From: Promethearchaeota archaeon
GTDB lineage: Archaea > Asgardarchaeota > Lokiarchaeia > Sigyniarchaeales > SOKP01
Assembly: GCA_048939015.1 (NCBI GenBank)
Contig: JBHLPW010000059.1
Span: 1 to 28,378, forward strand
Length of the DNA stretch: 28,378 nucleotides
Direction of reading: 5' to 3'
The notes beneath the pieces were generated by a model, which did not search any database, was not told the origin of the DNA, and saw nothing but the letters and a program-made list of their open reading frames with translations. Made by a program: the position numbers and the translations under genes. Below are positions 25,566 through 28,378 of the stretch, one piece after another (the first letter of the stretch is position 1; each line of letters opens with the position of its first letter).

Positions 25566-26360
25566 ATGCGATTCAAATATACAGATTTTCATGTACATAC
25601 TAAACCTTGGAGTGTAGATGTACCAGAAGATGGTCCTACATTTGAAGATTATATAAAAGTAGCAGAAGAGTATCAGATTAATATTTGTTTTCTTGATCAT
25701 TATGAACTCCATTATGTGGAGAATGACAAGACAAATCCATTTTATAATGGAAGAGTCAATGATTATCTTGAAGAGATCGATAAATATAAAGAAACATATG
25801 ATTTCATATTAAGCGGCCTAGAAATTGAGTACTATAAAGATCGTGAGATTCAACTCATTGAATTCATGGATGATTATGCAAAAGAATTTGATTTTCTAGG
25901 AGGATCCGTTCACGAATGGATAATTGGTTATCCAATTACGACGAAAAAGGGACTAGCTAAACTGCTTAGAAAAATACCAATGAAAAAAATAATAGATAAT
26001 TATTTTGAATTAATTACTAGAATGATTAATTCACAAATTTTCAAAAATATATGTCATATTGATACAATTTTTCGTTACATTAATAATAATGAATTCGTAC
26101 CTACAGAAGATTGTGATGTATCTGATAACCGAGTATTAGATATAGGTCGTCTTTGTATAAAAAACAAGATAAAAGTAGAATTAAATTTGTCTGGTTTGCG
26201 ATTTCCTATAAAGAGAACATTTCCATCGATAGAAATAATGAAACAGTTAAGGAAAGAAGGAAGTGAGTTTTTTGTTGGATCTGATTCACATTCATTAGAT
26301 TATTTTAAAGATAAGATTCCTAAGCTAATAGAATCTTATAGATTATTGAATCCACTTTAA
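25566..26360 (+). CDS. PHP domain phosphoesterase (histidinol-phosphatase HisJ/HisK-like)
   Basis: 'DFHVHT', 'FLDH', 'GLEIEY', 'GSVH', 'CHID', 'ELNLSG', 'GSDSH'. ATG at 25566. Confidence 0.9.
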   Translation: MRFKYTDFHVHTKPWSVDVPEDGPTFEDYIKVAEEYQINICFLDHYELHYVENDKTNPFYNGRVNDYLEEIDKYKETYDFILSGLEIEYYKDREIQLIEFMDDYAKEFDFLGGSVHEWIIGYPITTKKGLAKLLRKIPMKKIIDNYFELITRMINSQIFKNICHIDTIFRYINNNEFVPTEDCDVSDNRVLDIGRLCIKNKIKVELNLSGLRFPIKRTFPSIEIMKQLRKEGSEFFVGSDSHSLDYFKDKIPKLIESYRLLNPL

Positions 26361-26382
26361 AAAAGATAAACATCCAAATATT

Positions 26383-27102
26383 ATGGAGTTCAAAGAATTT
26401 TCAAATAGAATTGATAAATGGGACCAAAAGATTATTTTGAAATACAATGGATTTGGAGGTAAAACAATCACAATAATTTTAAGAATAATTTCTTTCTTAG
26501 GAAGAGAAACTTTATGGCTTTTCTTAATTGCGTTCTATTTATTTATTTGGTATGATCCTTTTTTATTAGCTTATATTTCTGCTACATTTCTCACGGGTTT
26601 AATTTTGATTTTAATAATTAAACAAACTGTTAAAAGAAAAAGACCTTTTGAGAGATTTAAGGAAAACCAAATTGTAGCTCTTGAGCGAGAGCCTTCTTCA
26701 AGAAGTTTTCCATCTTGGCATTCTTATAACGTTATGGCACAAGGCTTATTATTCGGATTATTCTTTATGAATTCTCTTTTTATAATCATTTTAATTATAA
26801 TTATCACTATAGTTGTATCCTTCTCAAGAATTCAGCTGGGTGTACATTATCCTTCAGATGTTATATTCGGTTGCATTTTTGGGATTATTGGGTTTTTAAT
26901 AACAGTTTATCTAACTGGTCCCCTTATTTTTCAAATATTAAGATATCTTGAGCAATTTATAGAACTTGAAATACAATATCAACAAATAAATTCAATGCTT
27001 TTTAATAATATAGGTTATATCTTGCTAACTTCTAGTATTTTACTAATAATTTTTTTTTTAGCAATTAATAAAACAATAAAAGAGCGATTAAAAAGGGATT
27101 AG
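26383..27102 (+). CDS. PAP2 family membrane phosphatase (lipid/polyprenyl phosphate phosphatase)
   Basis: C1 'KQTVKRKRP', C2 'SFPSWH' (PSGH variant), C3 'SRIQLGVHYPSDV'. Multi-TM. Confidence 0.92.
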   Translation: MEFKEFSNRIDKWDQKIILKYNGFGGKTITIILRIISFLGRETLWLFLIAFYLFIWYDPFLLAYISATFLTGLILILIIKQTVKRKRPFERFKENQIVALEREPSSRSFPSWHSYNVMAQGLLFGLFFMNSLFIIILIIIITIVVSFSRIQLGVHYPSDVIFGCIFGIIGFLITVYLTGPLIFQILRYLEQFIELEIQYQQINSMLFNNIGYILLTSSILLIIFFLAINKTIKERLKRD

Positions 27103-27110
27103 ATGAGTTT

Positions 27111-28355
27111 CTAAAGGTCTAATCTTCGTCTTTTCCCAAATAAATCTTTTAACTCATTTAATACCTGCAACCTGGCACTTTCTTGAGGTCTTGCAGATGG
27201 TTGATTTGGGTTAGCAATTTCAATTGGGATTCCACTTTGCGCAACTTGAAACGCTCCGGATTCTATTGCTCTAAGTCGACTGTCCAAGTCATTGAGTTGA
27301 GTAGAAATACTTTCCGAGAGTCTAATAACCGCATTTAATGTTTCTTCCAATGTTTTTCCTAGACCCTCAACTTTCTTAACAGTTGGATCTGTAAGAGAAT
27401 AAGTAGAACTCATAAGTTTCTTTATATATTTTGCAAATTGAGGTTCTGTTGAAATTAAAGAATATATTGAAGTTAAATATATTTCGACATGTAAGTCATA
27501 TTGCTTTTTCTTAAGGAATTCATTTATATTATCTTTTAAAAGTTCGATATTTAGAAGAATCTTGGGATCATTTTTTAAATCAGGATCATATTTATGGATG
27601 AAAATTAAAATGTATGGATTTTCTTCTAGAATTACTAGAGAATTAATAATTTTCTCTAAATATTCAAGAGATTCATCAAATCTTTCTGGATCTTGTACAT
27701 CAATTACATAAATCAGTAAATCTAATTCTAGAAAATATTGTTCTGGATTACTTAAATACCTTTCTCGATATTCCACTTGCCCGCCAAGGTCCCAAATGAA
27801 TAAATTTAGTTTACTATTACCAAATTTCATTCGGACAACGCCTTTCGTTGGATGTGTTGAAATCATGTCACCTATTCCTAAACGTCCACCAAATTTTGAT
27901 AATGTTGCTGTTTTTCCTGCATTGTCTAACCCCGCTACAAGTACCTTTTGCACAGATTCTTCGATCCCCTGTTTATCTTCTTTAACACTTACAATAAGTG
28001 AGCTAATTGTTATTGTTTTTTTTAATTTTTTTTCAAGAGTAGGGTACTTTTCTTTTAATTCCTCAAGTTTTTGTTGTAAACTCATGGCTATTTCAATTGA
28101 ATCGTCAGTCTCTTCAATTTCGGTTAATGTTTCAAATGGATTATCTTTATTTAACTTAGAAGCATCTCCAATAGTAGAAATTTCTAAAAGCTGTTTCATT
28201 ATTGTTGATTCTTCCTTATCTATAAATTTATATGATTGAAGAGGTAATTTAATAATGTCTTCGATCTTATGGAGTTTACTAATTTTAACAGAATCAGGAT
28301 CCAAAAATTTCGAAAACACTTTTATAAAACTAGAATTTGAAGCTTCTGAAGACAT
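27111..28355 (-). CDS. Multidomain Arf/Rag-like small GTPase with N-terminal extension and C-terminal coiled coil
   Basis: G1 GLDNAGKT, G2 'PTKG', G3 WDLGGQ, G4 HKYD, G5 TSIY. About 135-aa N-terminal extension. C-terminal heptads 'LGKTLEETLNAVIRLSESISTQLNDLDSRLRAIE'. Confidence 0.9.
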   Translation of the reverse strand: MSSEASNSSFIKVFSKFLDPDSVKISKLHKIEDIIKLPLQSYKFIDKEESTIMKQLLEISTIGDASKLNKDNPFETLTEIEETDDSIEIAMSLQQKLEELKEKYPTLEKKLKKTITISSLIVSVKEDKQGIEESVQKVLVAGLDNAGKTATLSKFGGRLGIGDMISTHPTKGVVRMKFGNSKLNLFIWDLGGQVEYRERYLSNPEQYFLELDLLIYVIDVQDPERFDESLEYLEKIINSLVILEENPYILIFIHKYDPDLKNDPKILLNIELLKDNINEFLKKKQYDLHVEIYLTSIYSLISTEPQFAKYIKKLMSSTYSLTDPTVKKVEGLGKTLEETLNAVIRLSESISTQLNDLDSRLRAIESGAFQVAQSGIPIEIANPNQPSARPQESARLQVLNELKDLFGKRRRLDL

Positions 28356-28378
28356 ACTATTATTAATAGGTTGATTTA

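Noticed and set aside
27796-28239. 147-aa + strand ORF antisense to the Arf/Rag-like GTPase
   Set aside because: Antisense shadow with no recognisable domain or SD.
1-28378. CRISPR arrays, tRNA/rRNA genes, IS elements or integrases
   Set aside because: No regularly spaced repeats, GC-rich structured RNA segments, or transposase/recombinase motifs were seen. Intergenic regions are short and very AT-rich. tRNAscan-SE/Infernal would be needed to exclude small RNAs formally.

Overview
Strongly AT-rich, gene-dense window with about 26 CDS. It is very likely from an Asgard archaeon (Lokiarchaeia/Promethearchaeia-like). This is inferred from two Roadblock/LC7 proteins, a Rab-like small GTPase, an Arf/Rag-hybrid GTPase with extra domains, a long HEAT-repeat protein and a large TPR fusion, interspersed with anaerobic heterotroph metabolic genes. 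Metabolic content: AMP-forming acetyl-CoA synthetase (acs), a corrinoid protein plus MtaA/CmuA-type methyltransferase, a second URO-D-fold protein, an orphan 2-oxoacid/acetoin dehydrogenase E1 alpha/beta pair, a DUF362-ferredoxin, M28 and M20 peptidase-family proteins, three GNAT domains, a CTP-dependent lipid/polyprenol kinase, and HAD, PHP and PAP2 phosphatases. No rRNA, tRNA, CRISPR array or mobile element was recognised by eye. The best candidate for an undescribed system is acs divergently paired with a CoA-transferase-GNAT fusion whose CoA-transferase domain has lost its catalytic glutamate, suggesting a Pat-analogous acyl-CoA-sensing acetylation switch on Acs. Other leads are a TPR-nitrilase fusion with an intact Glu-Lys-Cys triad and an Arf/Rag-like GTPase with a coiled coil and a WH2-like tail. 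All family calls come from motif recognition, not database searches.
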